Positions 24,075 through 36,772 of a DNA stretch of 64,000 nt are shown one piece after another. The DNA is from Octopus sinensis. Taxonomy: Eukaryota. A program made the position numbers and the translations under genes. The notes under the pieces are model-generated. The model was not told the DNA's origin. It made no database searches and saw only the letters and a list, made by a program, of their open reading frames with translations. Numbering within the stretch: the stretch's first letter is position 1; each line of letters starts with the position of its first letter. The DNA is taken from assembly GCF_006345805.1 (NCBI RefSeq), contig NC_043021.1, forward strand, positions 21,390,001 to 21,454,000, in the 5' to 3' direction.

Positions 24075-24149
24075 TTTCTACTTCGCAGATTTTCACCTTT
24101 TGTAGGGTTTCCTGGAAGGTAACACCCACGATAGTCGAGGGATTACTGT
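24075..24149. mobile_element. Tigger-like (Tc1/mariner) terminal fragment
   Basis: ...GGAAGGTAACACCCACGATAGTCGAGGGATTACTG followed by TA resembles Tigger-type termini. Confidence 0.45.
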
Positions 24150-25409
24150 ATATACTATGTTGGCTAAAAATCTATAGATATATTCTGTTGTACACAATAC
24201 GGGCACTGAAATGACAGACGATGCACCACTAATGTACTGTATGTACTATTATATATTGTATTGTATTATGTTGTACTGCATTGTAAAATATTGTGCTGTA
24301 ATGTAAAGCATTCTAATCTATCTTCTTGTAGCCTGCTGTATGGTGTATCTGAGAAAAGTGGTTTAGCAAACAAAATTAGCAGACCTATCAAATCCAGTTC
24401 CTCTTTTTGTTCAATAAGAGGCGGCAACTTTATTGTTCCTTTGTTCTCTGTTAGAGTGGCTAAAATAAATAGCACAACACTACAATACTACATGACCATC
24501 ACCTCTTACAATTCATTCTACCATCAACCACTACTTACTCAACTATTACTCAACCCAACATCCTGACCAGGAGAAGAAAGCAAAACGAAAAAAAAAAGAG
24601 AAAAATAAAAAAAATAATATAAAAGAACCAAGGCCCTTGCACCTACCTAGTCCAGTCCAAATAAAAACCCTTATTGTAATGGGGTATTATTCCCTGTTAT
24701 TATTGCCATTATTACTATTTCATTTGATTACATATTAATTATTCTATCTCTGCTCATTTGTTTTCTTCCAGTTATATATATTTGTTTTGTTTTTTTTTTG
24801 TTTTTTTGGTATTTTTCATCTTAATTTTTTTCTCTTTATTATTCATGTATTTTCTCTCCATCCTGCAATGCGAATGCAATTTACTTGTCATTGTATTTCA
24901 TACAATGACAATAAATTGATCCGAAAATGATTATTTCATAACTGCCAGAATGAGAAGAAGAATATTCCTTGCATGCCACTCCATACTCTGTAATCTGTAA
25001 TCTCCATTCCGTCCATGCAATTTTGTCTAAAATCTGATGATGAAGTTCTCACAATCTTTTGTCTCTTTATATCTGTGGCTATATATCTTTATAGCTATGG
25101 TTTTATATGTTTTATATATATGTATATCAAATATCTTCATCTGTAGTAATGTTTCTGGTATCCATATCTCAATAATTACACAAATGTCTCTGTATCCCTG
25201 TGTGTTTATCTATCTATCCACCTATCTACACACACATACACACTTTATACACATGTCAATTACATACCTGAACTATGGTCTTGTTTAGTCAATCAAACAT
25301 ATATATCAGCAAGTTTGAAAGAAAAAACTCTGCATAAGTCCAATGCAAAGGTATTCAACACATATACCATGAGTGTGTGTGTAAGCATGTATGTATGTAT
25401 GTATGTATA

Positions 25410-25735
25410 ATGAGTCATCTTCGTAGTCATAAAATGAGACAGATGAGTGACAACCTGGCCACTGGTGGTGGTGTAACACACCATACTAATCATATCTGTC
25501 GGGCATGTGGAAGAGAGTGTAATTCAGCAGGACTTAAACTTGTACTAAAGGTACATGAAGCCCAGTTACAACTACAGCCGGCTATTACCGGTAAAGGTTT
25601 TAGCTGCCAATTCTGTACAAGACATTGTAGATCTTTAGCTGGGCTAAAAAGTCACATTCGATCACAGCACCAGTAACAGTTAAGCTTCGTGCAATGGCCA
25701 TACTCAATAACGAGGGGGCAGCCATAATAATAAAG
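25410..25735 (+). mobile_element. RTE-type LINE 3' end encoding tandem C2H2-like zinc fingers
   Basis: MSHLRSH ... ICRACGRECNSAGLKLVLKVH ... FSCQFCTRHCRSLAGLKSHIRSQHQ*. The short UTR GCCATACTCAATAACGAGGGGGCAGCC resembles the 3' motif of the RTE at 53864-54393 (ACCATCATCCTCGACCTTGAGGGATTGCC). Confidence 0.6.
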
Positions 25736-26262
25736 TATATATGCATGTATGTGAGCATGTATATGTTTGAACGTGTGTATGTGTGCATGCGTTTTTGTCC
25801 TCTCTTGGTTTTGACATCATGTGACAAATGTAAATAAATGTCATTATCACAGAAGCAGTGTCATTTGTTTCCAATAATCTAAGCAAACATGTCTCACCAT
25901 GGAGAAATATTACCTTGCCTGCTAACAAAAAAAAGGACTGGCCATTGAAAAATCTACCTCTAAAAACTCCATCTAACTCATACGAGCATGGCAAAGTGGA
26001 CACAGAAATGATGGTGATGTTGCAGGTTTTTCGGCTGCTGAAGAGGCTTTTACAATAAAGACAGGTCCAACTGCAAGAGAAATTCTGTCCTGTATTCACT
26101 GTGGCTGAAACTGAAAGAAGCCTATTGTGTGTGTGAGTGTTTGCGTCTCCTCGCCTTGACATCGCAAAGTAGTTGTAAACGAGAGGCACTGTCATACATG
26201 CAGTGTTGCTCATTTGCAATACCCTACAAGAACATGTCTGGCAAGGGCAAGCAACAGGAAGG

Positions 26263-26766
26263 TAGAGGCACATAGCCTAGTAGTTAGAGCAGAGGACTCG
26301 TGGTCGAGGGATTGTGGGTTCAAATCTCAGACTGGACGATGTGTGTGTTTATAAGTGAAACACCTTAGGCAAGCTGGCAGACACATTAGCGCGCCGGGCG
26401 AAATGCTTAGCGGTATTTCATCTGTCGTTATGTTCTGAGTTCAAATTCCGCCGAGGTCGACTTTTCCTGTCATCCTTTTGGGGTCGATAAATAAAGTACC
26501 AGTTTCACACTGGGGTTGATGTTTAGCCCCTTGTGGACAATAAAGAAATATATAAGCGAAACACCTAAGCTCCACGCGGCTCTGGCAGAAGGTAATGGTG
26601 ACCTTCTGCTGACTCTTTCGCCACAACTTTCTCTCACTCTTTCCTCCTGTATTTTGCAGCTCACCTGTGACGGACCGGCGTCCCATCCAGGTGGGGAACC
26701 AATACGCCAAGGAAACCGGGAAACCGGCCCTTATGAGCCAGGCGTGGCTCGAGAAGGAACAAACAA
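26263..26766 (+). mobile_element. Family C SINE (tRNA-Arg-like head), tail type 1, 15-bp TSD
   Basis: TSD CAAGCAACAGGAAGG at 26248-26262 and 26767-26781. Contains a V-domain-like GTGACGGACCGGCGTCCCATCCAGG block and tail ATGAGCCAGGCGTGGCTCGAGAAGGAACAAACAA. Confidence 0.75.
26366..26551 (+). mobile_element. Family B SINE nested in the family C SINE
   Basis: 15-bp TSD ATAAG(T/C)GAAACACCT at 26351-26365 and 26552-26566. Confidence 0.85.
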
Positions 26767-26863
26767 CAAGCAACAGGAAGGGTATTTTGCCATAGGAAAT
26801 CTACCTCAAATATATTCCATCCAACCCCTGCAACCATGGAAAAGTGGAGATTAAATAAGGATA

Positions 26864-27025
26864 GGCGCAGGAGTGGCTGTGTGGTAAGTAGCTTGCTAAC
26901 CAACCACATGGTTCCGGGTTCAGCCCCACTGCGTGGCATCTTGGGCAAGTGTCTTCTGCTATAGCCGCGGGCCGACCAATGCCTTGTGATGGATTTGGTA
27001 GACGGAAACTGAAAGAAGCCTGTCG

Positions 27026-27060
<35 letters not shown>

Positions 27061-27264
27061 CTGTGTTTGTCCCCCTAGCATTGCTTAACAACCGATGCTG
27101 GTGTGTTTACGTCCCTGTCACTTAGCGGTTCAGCAAAAGAGACCAATAGAATAAGTACTAGGCTTACAAAGAATAAGTCCCAGGGTCGAGTTGCTCGACT
27201 AAAAAGGCGGTGCTCCAGCATGGCCGCAGTCAAATGACTGAAACAAGTAAAAGAGTAAAAGAGT
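26864..27264 (+). mobile_element. Family A SINE, full length
   Basis: Full family A layout. Confidence 0.9.
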
Positions 27265-28591
27265 ATGATGGCGATGACAACGACGATGACGATAATGATT
27301 TGCCATGCTGGTCACGGGTCATTTGATTGTTCCAAGGCTAACATTTATGGCTGAATACTCTTCTTGTCACTTCACCAACCATTTAAGTTACCTTTTTACA
27401 ACACAGAAGGACACAGTATATCCATTTTGGAACCAGCATATGCACCAGTGAAATGGCTTAGCAATGCATTTAAACATTATTCAACATTATTCAGCAAATT
27501 CTTTTATTTAAACAACAACTTTTGACTTCATTTTCTGGAAGAGTTTATTTCGTTACCTTTCTGTTATTTTTTTTAATAGAAAGTTCGGGTTTTTTTTTGG
27601 TCTTATTTATTTTGGTTTTTTTTTTGGGTTTTTTTTTTCTATATTTTGGATTTTAATGTTGGAAACAGTTCATTAAATATTCTTCTTCAGAGGAAATTTG
27701 TTCATTCCAATGAAATTTCTTTTAACCATAAGTGAAGGACATAACAGAGAAACATGGCACAGGCAGCAATGTCAATGTCAAAAGATATAAAAGACATATG
27801 TATGTGTGTGTGTGTGTGTGCATTCTTTTGATATGTTACACGCTGCAGTGAAATTTAAGTATTAAATCAGTTGAAAGTCTTTTTACTTTTTCCCCATTTT
27901 GAAGCAAAATTGATCATAAATTTTCTCGAGTTACCGTGAAGGAAAGAAAGAAAGAGAGAGAGAGAGAAAGAGAGTGAGAGAGAAAGAAAGAGAAAGAAAG
28001 AGAGAGAGAGAATAAAATGATTTTTGCTGTATTATCAAGGTTTGTTTTTATTTTCTGATTTTGGTGGTAGTAATGGGGGTGGATGGGGTGGAGTTGAGGA
28101 TGATGTGGCAGTGATGGCAGTGGTGGTGGTCGTGGTGGGTTCTAACAGTCAGTTTATTAAATATGCTGACTATGAATAAATGACCAAAATGTTAGCGAAA
28201 TTTTATAGTGTGCAAGTGTGTAGCGGTTCAAATGAAGAGAAGTAAGAATGAATTTAGAGAGGGATTTCATGTTGCTACCCCGACTTATATCTTTCTTTTT
28301 TTTTTTTTAAATCATTATTTTCTCTCTTCATTATTTTTTTTTATTTTTTATTTTTTTACATTTACATTTTACTTTTTCATTTTTGATTTTTTGTTTTTTT
28401 GCATTTTTAAATACTTTCTTTTAAATCTAACAATCTGATTTAAATTGAATCACTTTTTTCCCCTATCTGTCTGTTTCTCTCTCTATCTCTCTCTCTCTCT
28501 CTCTCCTTCTCACCATTTCTCTCTCTTTCCTTTTCTTTCTCACTCTCCTAACCTTTCTCTCGCTTTTTTTGTTTGCTCCTTATTTCACTCC

Positions 28592-29322
28592 CTCTCTATC
28601 TCATTCATTCTTTGTTTTCTCTCTCACTTTTGCTCCCTCTTTCTCTCTCCCTCTCTCTTTCGTTCCCTCTTTCTCCCTCCCTCTCTCTTTTGCTCCCTCT
28701 TTCTCCCTCCCTCTCTCTTTTGCTCCCAGTCTACCTTCTCTCTCCCTCTCTCTTTTGCTCCCTTTTTCTCCCTCCCTCTCTCTTTTGCTCCTTCTTTCTC
28801 CCTCCCTCTCTCTTTTGCTCCCTCTTTCTCCCTCCCTCTCTCTCTTGCTCCCTCTTTCTCCCTCACTCGCTCTTTAGCTCTCTCTTTCTCCCTCCCTCTC
28901 TCTTTAGCTCCCTCTTTCTCCCTCCCTCTCTCTTTTGCTCCCTCTTTCTCCCTCCCTCTCTCTTTTGCTCCCTCTTTCTCCCTCCCTCTCTCTTTTGCTC
29001 CCAGTCTACCTTCTCTCTCACTCTCTCTCTCTCTCTTACACCATTTCTTTCTCTTTGCTCTCTCACTGTCTTCTTCCATTCATTCCCCCCCACCACCACC
29101 ACCATTTTTACTCTTAAACACTCGTTCTCCCTCTTTCTCACTCTCTGTCACACTCTTTCGCTCCTTGTCTCTCTCTCTCTCTCACTCACTCTCTCTCTCT
29201 CACTCTCCCTTTCTATTCTTTTCCCCCTCCAGCTTTTTTTTGCTTTTACATCCCCTCCCTCTCCCTTCTCTCTCCCCCCTCTCTCTATCTCATTCATTCT
29301 TTGTTTTCTCTCTCACTTTTGC
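28592..29322. repeat. CT-rich 30-bp minisatellite bounded by a 42-bp direct repeat
   Basis: Unit CTCCCTCCCTCTCTCTTTTGCTCCCTCTTT at about 28630-29000. Identical CTCTCTATCTCATTCATTCTTTGTTTTCTCTCTCACTTTTGC at 28592-28633 and 29281-29322. Confidence 0.9.
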
Positions 29323-29759
29323 CCACTGTCCCTCTCCCACTCATTCATTCTTCATCTCCTCTTTTTCTTTTTCCCCAGAAATGTCAGTAAACAGCTGAAG
29401 AATTAAGTAGTGTTGCTTCTTTGGATAGAATCAGGCTGAACAAAGACACTTGCATAGCTTCACAGATTACATCCATTCACAGCAAAAACCCCCAAAACAG
29501 TTGAAATATGCTTTTAATTCTTTACAGTTTCTTTTCGGGGGTCTTTTTTTTTCCCCCCCTTTATTGTATTTTCTTTAACTATTATTTATTTTTTCCCCCT
29601 TATTCTTATACTTAGTCTTGCTCCGACTGTAATAAAATCAAATAGTATTGTTGTATTCGGTCTGATAATGCCAGCATCAATGACGTAAGTATTTGACTGG
29701 TGCACACTAATATGCTGCATGCGATCCGCAAAATTTCTTTAGCTCAGGTGCACGCGCGC

Positions 29760-30790
29760 ACATGCACACATATACATGGACACACACACACACAAATACA
29801 TGGGGGGACACACAAATACATGGAGACACACACACAAATACATGGAGACATACACACACACATATACATGGACACACACACAAACACACACAAATACATG
29901 GAGACACACACACACATATACATGGACACACACACACACATATACATGGACACACACAAATACAAGGACACACACACACACACAAATACATGGAGACACA
30001 CACACACACACATATACATGGACACACACAAACACACACAAATACATGGAGACACACACACACATATACATGGACACACACACACACATATACATGGACA
30101 CACACACACACACAAATACAAGGACACACACACACACACACACACACACAAATACATGGAGACACATACACACATACGACCGCACACACACTCAAATACA
30201 TAGAGACACACACACACACTACATGCACATACATATACATGGACACACACACAAATACATGGACACACACACACACACAAATACATGGACACACACACAC
30301 ACATATACATGGACACACACACACACAAATACAAGGACACACACACACACAAATACATGGAGACACACACACACACACACATATACATGGACACACACAA
30401 ACACACACAAATACATGGAGACACACACACACATATACATGGACACACACACACACATATACATGGACACACACACACACACAAATACAAGGACACACAC
30501 ACACACACACACACACAATACAACATGGAGACACCTACATCACAAATACGACCGCACACACTCAAAACACATATAGACACACACACACACACTACATGCA
30601 CATACATATACATGGACACACACACAAATACATGGACACACACACACACACAAATACATGGACACACACAAAAACACACGCACACAAATACATGGAGACA
30701 CATACACACATATGACACGCACACACACTCAAATACACAGAGACACACACACACACACTACATGCACATACACACACACTCTCTCTCATA
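29760..30790. repeat. (CA)n-derived complex minisatellite with higher-order repeats
   Basis: CA runs punctuated by AAATACATGGAG, ATATACATGG and AAATACAAGG. The marker block ACGACCGCACACAC..CTACATGCACATAC recurs near 30175, 30548 and (degenerate) 30712. Confidence 0.9.
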
Positions 30791-31360
30791 CACAGACAGA
30801 ATGCAAGCAAAGCTTATCGGTATATTCTGCTTCTTGTTCTTGTTCTTGATACTAGAGGAAAAAGAGGACACTTCAGACATCTGTACAACAACAACAACAG
30901 CAATAACAATAATAATAATGATGATGATGATGATGATGATGATGATAATTCTTTGTCTGACTTCTATGCCAGTAAGGGTTGGGTGGTTTATAACGACCTG
31001 AATCAGCTCTTATATCAAAGGGTTAATTAAGATGGCCGGCTGGCAGAATTGTTATCACATTGGACAAAATGCTTAGTGGCATATTCTCTGACTCTTTGCA
31101 TTTTGAGATCATATCCCACTGAAACAGACTTTGCCTTTTACCTTTACCTTTTCAGGGTTGACATTCTGCTGAGCACTGAAGTCAATGTAATCAACTTGCA
31201 CCCCACCCCACTCCTTATTACTGCTGGCCTTGTACCAAAATTAGGAAAGAATATTAAAAGATTAATTAAAGGCAGTGAGCAGACAGAATCGTTAACATGT
31301 CAGGTAAAAAGCGCTTATTGGCACTTCTTTGACACTTTACATGCTGGATTCAAGTTCTAC

Positions 31361-31566
31361 TAAGGGTGCTGAAAAGTTCCTGGCTTAGGGTAAAAGAAAA
31401 TACAGGAGAATCAGTTAATTAGGATTTTATTCAACATGTTCCTGTCTCAGATTCACACACTTATTGCAGTGATGTTCCAGTTTTTCTAAGCTCAGTAAAA
31501 GAACTGGGAACATTGGGCTTCCGGCTAGGCTTTCACAATATCCTTAAAGCCAAGGACACCCTCATA
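31361..31566. mobile_element. Mariner-like MITE, degenerate
   Basis: Left end AGGGTGCTGAAAAGTTCCTGGCTT; right end AAAGCCAAGGACACCCTCATA is a partly deleted inverted copy. Confidence 0.5.
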
Positions 31567-31816
31567 TACTTCAGACCAGTGATTTGAATTTGTCTCAATG
31601 TGGTTCAGGCATATAGTGCTGAAGAGCTGAAATGACAGTGAAATATCAATATCTGCCAGTCTTGTTGAACTGCGAGTCAGTTTGTTTTATCTGATTTGAG
31701 GAATTCAGTGTTTTTAATAACCTAACATCTTAAAGGGACCTTTCTATTAATGAATCCCACAGCCAAAATGCACATAAACAACCCACATACATTAAGTATG
31801 TGACATAGGTAATGTT

Positions 31817-32230
31817 GGATCTTTTCGGTTTGAACAGCAGTTTTTAACATAATTTCTAGGTAACTAAAATATTTTAAACTTTGTATAACTGGTAGAATGT
31901 GATTATAAAACATCTTTTTCTCTTGGCTTTATAGAGAAAATTCTATAGTTTGTAAGATATTTGTTGTTTTTTTCTTCAATTTCTGCAATTTCAACCAATC
32001 ACTGACGTCTATTGAGGTAAAAAAATCATTCTGTGCCATATGAATATGTCCCTCATTTAAGAAACAGATTGGGTTTATTTACATTTGTGAAGAAAAAAAG
32101 ATACCCTTCCCCCCACCCCTAACCCTAAAACAGATTGAAATGCAATAGATCGATACTAGGGTCATAATTATGGGTGACAATTTCATATGACACCGCTAGA
32201 AAAAAACTGCCGTTCAAACCGAAAAGATCC
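31817..32230. mobile_element. 414-bp MITE with 28-bp TIRs (Merlin-like)
   Basis: TIR GGATCTTTTCGGTTTGAAC(A/G)GCAGTTTT with one mismatch. Flanks GTAATGTT and GTAATGCC (6/8) suggest an 8-bp TSD. Internal CCCTAACCCTAA. The superfamily is inferred from GG termini plus 8-bp TSD. Confidence 0.75.
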
Positions 32231-33292
32231 GTAATGCCTATATTAAAACATTAATCATAAAAATTTCCTACATAATGTCCGCAATTTTGGGAGAGAAGTT
32301 TAATAAATTAAATAGACACCAGAACTCAAGTAGCACTTACTTTATTTTATCATCTCCAGAGAGATGAAAGGCAAAATTATTGGTCTCAGGGGATGGTGGA
32401 TGGTTTTGAACTCAGATTGCAAATAGCCACAACAATTACCACAAAGCAATTTTTTTGATGCTCCGTTGATCCTACCAATTCTCCACCACCTTTTAACAGT
32501 TATTACCAAGACACAACATCTGTGCGAGGAGAGGAACATATTCTGGTTTTGTTTTTAGTTTTCAGAGATGAACAAAGAAATGAGTTTGTTCCGTGTTCAT
32601 GGCTTAAAGACATGAACCAGACGAGAAAATGAGTGAAATGAAGTAGAACAGAAACAACAAGCAAATGACAAACCAATGACAGAATTTCTATAATCTACAA
32701 AATGTAGCAGACAAGTTTCCTTCATATTACATTACACTCTACTGTTTAACCAGAGAAAAAAAAAAAAAAAAAAAAAAGAAACTTTGAAATGATGGCCACA
32801 ATGAGAACACCTGTGATCATAGGCCTGCTGGGTAAGAGCTGACTTAGACAATATTGGTGTTTGTGGTGTGGGTGTGGGTGTGTAAAATGAATCTAACTCT
32901 GGATGGCACATTCATAAAACAGTATGTAAAAGAAAAAAAAAAGTAAGGAAATGAAAATGGTAAGAATATACAAAACACTGAAGCCAAGCTACAATGAATA
33001 TAAAACTAACCAGAAACATTGTAAAAAAAAACTTTCCTCTTAATTACCATGATATGACATTCAAGGTACAAAAAAAAGAAATTTGCTTAGATAAAGTATT
33101 CAGCATATAAACACACACATATATATATACAAGTAATTTTTACTGTATCCCAGTCTTTATATGCTAGGCCACTTGATGTTTTAAATTGATGTTGTTAATT
33201 AATATTCAATTTTTTTCACCCTTACGCCTAATAATACTTTAATTGTTCCACCTTTTGCGTTGTTGTCTTTTTTATTTTTCTTGTTTGGATTA

Positions 33293-33329
<37 letters not shown>

Positions 33330-33351
33330 CTGTATGTATATATACATATAT

Positions 33352-33746
33352 ACTCTTTTACTTGTTTCAATCATTTGACTGTGGCCATGCTGGAGCACCT
33401 CCTTTAGTCGAGCAAATCGACCCCATGACTTATTCTTTGTAAGCCTACTACTTATTCTATCGGTCTCTTTTGCCAAACCACTAAGTTACGGCGATGTAAA
33501 CACACCAGCATCAATTGTCAAGCAATGTTGGGGGGTCAAACACAGACACGCAAACACACACACACACATACATATACATATATACAACAGGCTTCTTTCA
33601 GTTTCCGTCTACCAAATCCACTCACAAGGCTTTGGTTGGCCCAAGGCTATAGTAGAAGATACTTGCCCAGGTGCCATGCAGTGGGACTAAACCCAGAACC
33701 ATGTGGTTCGTAAGCAAGCTACTTACCACACAGCCACTCCTGCACC
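33352..33746 (-). mobile_element. Family A SINE, full length
   Basis: Full family A layout, followed by a partial plus-strand copy at about 33800-33965. Confidence 0.88.
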
Positions 33747-34095
33747 TATATATTATATATATATATGAGTGCGTGTATTGATGTATATATACATATATAG
33801 GCATAGGCATGGCTGTATGGTAAGAATCTTGCTTCCCAACCACATAGTTCTGGGTTCATTCCCACTGCATGGCACCTAAGGCAAGAGTCTTCTACTATTG
33901 CTCCCAGCCAACCAAAGACTTCTGAGTGGATTCGAAAGACAGAAACTGAAAGAAGTCCGTAGTGCATGCATCCATGTGTGTGTGTACATTGATACACACA
34001 CATATATATATATATATATACAAGCTATGTTGGAAGCCAAGTGTCTATAAAAACATATATATCTCTATGACAGAATATTAAAACACACATACACA

Positions 34096-34143
<48 letters not shown>

Positions 34144-34266
34144 GGTGACCATAATCAGAATAACTTTAATCAAAAATCTGCCAGATTGTGTCTGACATGA
34201 ATCTAAACAGCCACAAAAATAACACTACTGATACCACCACCACTACCACTATAACACTGCCAGTCC

Positions 34267-34427
34267 AAGAGTGGAATGTGTGGTAAGTAGCTTGCTAACT
34301 AACCACACGGTTCCGGGTTCAGTCCCACTGTGTGGCATCTTGGGCAAGTGTCTTCTGCTATAGCCCCGGGCCGACCAATGCCTTGTGAGTGGATTTGGTA
34401 GATGGAAACTGAAAGAAGCCTGTCGTA

Positions 34428-34489
<62 letters not shown>

Positions 34490-34690
34490 TGTGTTTGTCC
34501 CCCTAGCATTGCTTGACAACTGATGCTGGTGTGTTTACGTCCCCGTCACTTAGCGGTTCGGCAAAAGAGACCGATAGAATAAGTACTGAGCTTACAAAGA
34601 ATAAGCTCCGGGGTCGATTTGCATGACTAAAGGCGGTGCTCCAGCATGGCCGCAGTCAAATGACTGAAACAAGTAAAAGAGTAAAAGAGT
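34267..34690 (+). mobile_element. Family A SINE
   Basis: Full layout with an expanded internal (TA)n(TG)n. Confidence 0.88.
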
Positions 34691-35144
34691 ATAGTCACTT
34701 GAACTGCTAGAAAGAGCAGCCAAGTTTCAAGTTTTCCTTGAATAACCTTACTCACTCTATATTGGACAAGATAATTCTGGCTATACAAAAGGTATGTCAC
34801 AACCATCCAATTAAAGCCAGTACGGAAAACAGACGTGAAATGATGATGATGATGATAATTGTATATATTATATTATATTATATATTGGTTTCAAATTTTG
34901 GTACAAGACCAGTACTTCAGTGGGGAAGAGGGAAGTCAATTTTAGCAGCCTCAGTGCTCAACAGGTACTTATTTTAATGATCAAGAAAAGATGAAAAGCA
35001 AAGTCAACTCTTGTGGCATTTGTACTGAGAATGTAAAGTTGGATATATTATACATTAATAATATTCCTATATTTCAATGATATTGAGGTCCACTTCTTTC
35101 CTCGTTATGTATGTGGTTCATTCTTTCACATACACACACACACA

Positions 35145-35186
<42 letters not shown>

Positions 35187-35423
35187 TGTCCATTGTCTGC
35201 TTTCCATGCTGGCATGGGTTGGACGGTTTGACTGAGAACTGGCAAGCCAGGAGGCTGCACCAAGATCCAATCTGATCTGGCAAAGTTTCTACAGCTGGAT
35301 GCTCTTCCTAATGCCAACAATTCCAAGAGTGTAGTGGGTGCTTTTTATGTGCCACCGACACAAGTGCCAGGGGAGTCTGGCAGCAGTCACAATCAGTTGG
35401 TGCTTTTTATGTGCCACCGGCAC
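35145..35423 (-). mobile_element. Family D RTE 3' UTR fragment
   Basis: (CAT)n tail and GTGCCACCGGCAC units; an opposite-strand fragment lies at 35665-35808. Confidence 0.75.
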
Positions 35424-35462
35424 ACACACACACACACACACATATATATTATATGTATGTAT

Positions 35463-35493
<31 letters not shown>

Positions 35494-36151
35494 CACACAC
35501 ACACACATATATATATATACACACATATACATATATATATACATATACATATATATATATACATGTATATATATATACATATGTGTAATATGTATATATA
35601 TATTGTGTGTGTGTGTGTATATATATATACATACACACAAACACACATATATATTTAGAAAGTTGTTTGTGCTGGCCAGTCAGAGAGTGACCATTGGTTA
35701 TGCATTTATGATCAGATTGGCGACTGGTGCAGCCTTCTGGCTCACCAGCCCTCAGTCAAACTGTCCAACCCATGCCAGCATGGAAAGCGGACGTTAAACG
35801 ATGAAGATGGTGAGGCACTTAGCTGTTACGGCAACTCACCTGACTCAAATGTCCAATTATCTTCTTCGTATTTGATCATACAGCAAAAACCTAAGAACAG
35901 AGCCAAAGGCAATCATCACCTTCAAACTAAAATCCATAATGTTGTTTAGCGTTTAGCACCTATGGAAGCTATGACCACAGACATTGTAGTGATTGTTGTA
36001 AAGGTAGTTGCTCATATTCACTTCCATTTATTAATTGCCTTTTCCTTATATTTCAATCAGTGGAGAGAGAGACTTACAAACAGCCTGCTTGTGCAAGAGT
36101 TGCTAACTGAAAGCTATGCATGTATATTCACGCAGTTTCCATTTACCAAAT

Positions 36152-36538
36152 GTGGCGGCGCAATGGCCCAGTGGTTAGGGCAGCAGACTCGCGGTCATAG
36201 GATCACGGTTTCGATTCCCAGACCGGGCATTGTGAGTGTTTATTGAGTGAAAACACCTTAAAGTTCCACGAGGCTCCGGCAGGGGGTGGTGGTGATCCCT
36301 GCTGTACTCTTTCACCACAACTTTCTCTCACTCTTACTTTCCTGTTTCTGTTGTACCTGTATTTCAAGGGGCCGGCCTTGTCACTCTCTGTGTCATGCTG
36401 AATATCCCCGAGAACTACGTTAAGGGTGCACGTGTCTGTGGAGTGCTCAGCCACTTACACGCTAATTTCACGAGAAGGCTGTTCCGTTGATTCGGATCAA
36501 CCGGAAGCCCTTTCGTCGGGACCGACGGAGTGCTTCCA
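36152..36538 (+). mobile_element. Family C SINE, tail type 2, 14-bp TSD
   Basis: Head GGCGCAATGGCCCAGTGGTTAGGGCAGC.GACTCGCGGTC..AGGATC.CGGTTTCGATTCCC. TSD TCCATTTACCAAAT at 36138-36151 and 36539-36552, inside an old family A relic. Confidence 0.85.
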
Positions 36539-36772
36539 TCCATTTACCAAATCCACTAACAAAGCATTGGTTTAGTAGAAGACACTTCTGCAAGAATGGT
36601 ACACGGCACTCATCCAGAATCTGAGACATACAGGGTTCAATTCTATGTTAAGGCTTGCTGACCCTTTTTTTCATCTTCAAGGGCATTTACCTGATTTTCT
36701 AAGCTGCTTTCACAGCCTATCCACATTCAAGAATTCTTTTATTTTCTGTTTTATATATATATATATATATAT

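Noticed and set aside
25377-25676. Host C2H2 zinc-finger gene
   Set aside because: No TGEKP linkers, finger 2 is degenerate, the 5' end starts abruptly in a microsatellite, and an RTE-like 3' motif follows the stop; treated as a LINE fragment.
29362-29410. Strong-looking plus-strand splice acceptor TTTTTCTTTTTCCCCAG
   Set aside because: All three frames close within 10 codons, and the pyrimidine tract is just the end of the CT-rich repeat.
29700-31001. His/Thr-rich and Cys/Val-rich ORFs up to 336 aa
   Set aside because: Translations of a (CA)n-derived repeat; the same holds for the YIYI, MYVC, SLSL and ERER ORFs throughout the window.
32117-32128. Telomeric repeat suggesting a chromosome end or fusion site
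   Set aside because: Only two units, and they lie inside a MITE.
36152-36230. tRNA-like sequence with A and B boxes
   Set aside because: No complete cloverleaf; it continues into a SINE body and tail with a TSD, so it is a SINE head and not a tRNA gene. The same applies to family A and B heads.
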